This document shows positions 48,365 through 49,839 of a stretch of 49,839 nt of DNA, in pieces. The stretch is from Thermococcus sp. (lineage in GTDB: Archaea; Methanobacteriota_B; Thermococci; Thermococcales; Thermococcaceae), in the NCBI RefSeq assembly GCF_027008145.1, contig NZ_JALTCZ010000202.1:1-49839 (forward strand). Reading direction: 5' to 3'. The notes below the pieces were generated by a model. That model saw only the letters and a program-made list of their open reading frames with translations. It made no database searches and had not been told where the DNA came from. Numbering within the stretch: the first letter of the stretch is position 1; each line of letters starts with the position of its first letter. Both the position numbers and the translations under genes were made by a program.

Positions 48365-49078
48365 ATGAAGGTGGAGGTGTACTACTCTCAGAGGTTTAAC
48401 CCCGAGGAGCTCGCCCTTCTTGGAAGGGCCATAGGAACGGTCTCCCACGGCACTATAGTGGTCGGTAGGGACGGGAGGGCCATATCGAGGTACGGAAAGA
48501 GGGCGATGGTTGTGGGCATAGTGAGTACGGGCTCGACCATAATGGACGTCCGCCTCATTCCATTGATAGCCCTGAAGGACTTCGCCCACAGAAAGGGACT
48601 CCCTCTGGCTTACGTCTATTACTACAACGGCGTCCGCGTTTACGTAAGCGGGATAGACGTTGACGAAATAGAGACGATCCTGGAAAGCAGGAGCTTTATA
48701 GAGGCTCACCCAAACGACATAGGGGCAACTGTCTACTACCCCAACGCCTTGGATGACTTCCTCCACGAGGTCTTCAAGCACTACAACTTCAAAGTCGAGG
48801 GGAAGGCCCTTGTGGACGCTATGAACACGCCGGCGGTGCTCTTCTTCCCGCGCATGAGCGACCACTTTGGCTTCGAGGTTGAGCTTATGAACGACATGAT
48901 GACCAGCTACCTCCCGCCCAAGCCAAGGGAGGTCTTCCTCCACAAGCTGGCCAAGGGGGACTACACCTTCGGTCTCAGGTTCCGCCCGGAAGGGGTCGTT
49001 GAGTTCCACTACAAAGGGGAAGAGAAGGAGTTCGGAAGCATATGGAAGCTCCTGGACCATATGAAGGGCGCCCTCTGA
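48365..49078 (+). CDS. Phosphohexomutase (PGM/PMM)-related protein, truncated and lacking catalytic motifs
   Basis: 'IVVGRDGRAISR' and 'ALVDAMN' PGM-like motifs; no TASHNP or DxDxD motif; 237 aa. Confidence 0.82.
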   Translation: MKVEVYYSQRFNPEELALLGRAIGTVSHGTIVVGRDGRAISRYGKRAMVVGIVSTGSTIMDVRLIPLIALKDFAHRKGLPLAYVYYYNGVRVYVSGIDVDEIETILESRSFIEAHPNDIGATVYYPNALDDFLHEVFKHYNFKVEGKALVDAMNTPAVLFFPRMSDHFGFEVELMNDMMTSYLPPKPREVFLHKLAKGDYTFGLRFRPEGVVEFHYKGEEKEFGSIWKLLDHMKGAL

Positions 49079-49156
49079 TTTTTGATTTTCTTCAACAACC
49101 TTATAAACAATTGTTCGGTGGATAGCCGTCATAACTCTACCCGGGAGGTGTCATCG

Positions 49157-49777
49157 GTGGGAACGTTCATAGTGCTTGAGGGCATTGACGGTGCCGGAAA
49201 GTCAACCCAGGCCAGGCTTCTGGCAGAGTGGTTTGAGGAACGGGGATACGAGGCCGTCCTGACAAAGGAGCCGACTGATACTGCCTTTGGGAGACTCATA
49301 AGGAGGCTCGTTCTCACCGGCGGAAGGGAGGGCATAATAGACGGTGCTAAAATAAGTCACGAAGCCGAGGCTCTCCTCTTCGCAGCAGACAGAGCGGAGC
49401 ACGTTGACAAGCTGATAAAACCGGCCCTCCAGGCGGGTAAGGTCGTAATATCGGACAGGTACTTTTACTCCTCGCTGGCCTATCAGTGGGCCAGGGGGCT
49501 CGACTTGGAGTGGCTCATAGACCTGAACCGCTTCGCGGTGAGGCCGGATTTGGTGATACTCCTGGACTTACCCGCTAGGGAGAGCATTAAGAGGCTCAGG
49601 AGCAGGAAGATAAAGAGCGAGTTCGACAAGATATTCGAGCTCCAGAAGAGGGTCCGGGAAAACTACCTGAAGCTCGCCGAGAGGTTCCCCGAGATTAAGA
49701 TAGTGAACGCCCTCGATGATGTTGAAACCGTCCACAGTCAGGTTGTCGCCCTCATAGAGACCCTGCTGGGAGAATAA
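49157..49777 (+). CDS. tmk: Thymidylate kinase
   Basis: '[10 protein letters not shown]' P-loop, '[10 protein letters not shown]' and '[12 protein letters not shown]'; GTG start after GGAGGTG. Confidence 0.96.
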   Translation: MGTFIVLEGIDGAGKSTQARLLAEWFEERGYEAVLTKEPTDTAFGRLIRRLVLTGGREGIIDGAKISHEAEALLFAADRAEHVDKLIKPALQAGKVVISDRYFYSSLAYQWARGLDLEWLIDLNRFAVRPDLVILLDLPARESIKRLRSRKIKSEFDKIFELQKRVRENYLKLAERFPEIKIVNALDDVETVHSQVVALIETLLGE

Positions 49778-49779
49778 AC

Positions 49780-49839
49780 TGGAGCCCCGGGCGGGATTTG
49801 AACCCGCGACCGGCGGATTACAAGTCCGCCGCCCCGCCA
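49780..49839 (-). tRNA. tRNA-Thr(UGU), 5' end outside window
   Basis: Anticodon arm GCGGA-CTTGTAA-TCCGC, GGTTCAAATCC T-loop, 3' GGGGCTCCA. Confidence 0.93.

Noticed and set aside
35435-49839. Shared CCGGGCGGGATTTGAACCCGCGACC at ~35442 and ~49787 as possible att sites of an integrated element
   Set aside because: It is the common T-arm sequence of two different tRNAs; the intervening DNA is core genes and no integrase is present.

Overview
Archaeal chromosomal segment, almost certainly Thermococcus (Thermococcales gene set, GGTGA/GGAGG ribosome-binding sites, BRE/TATA promoters, HMf-type histone). The ORF track misses the largest gene: a >1877-aa secreted pyrolysin-like subtilase on the minus strand (5631 to <1). 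It carries a ~480-aa insertion between its catalytic Asp and His that appears to include a circularly permuted GATase-I-like domain. Divergent from it is a 4-gene membrane glycosylation operon (anchored protein, two Wzy/DUF70-like polymerases, GT39/PMT-like transferase). Next come ppsA, an AbrB/VapC pair with a catalytically degenerate toxin, two tandem MATE transporters, upp, and a lipid-headgroup/glycerol catabolic cluster (MFS, alpha/beta hydrolase, two GDPDs, glpK, three-gene G3P dehydrogenase). The second half holds gcvPA/PB, three box C/D guide RNAs (a divergent pair and one apparently co-transcribed with tRNA-Arg), dUTPase/dcd, histone, a radical SAM enzyme, TOPRIM + dnaG, gltX, an NSS-like transporter, malP, pck, an internally deleted NDP-sugar synthase, a pseudo-phosphohexomutase, tmk and a partial tRNA-Thr. 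No CRISPR array, IS element, integrase or intein was seen. All family assignments come from motif recognition by eye, not from database searches.
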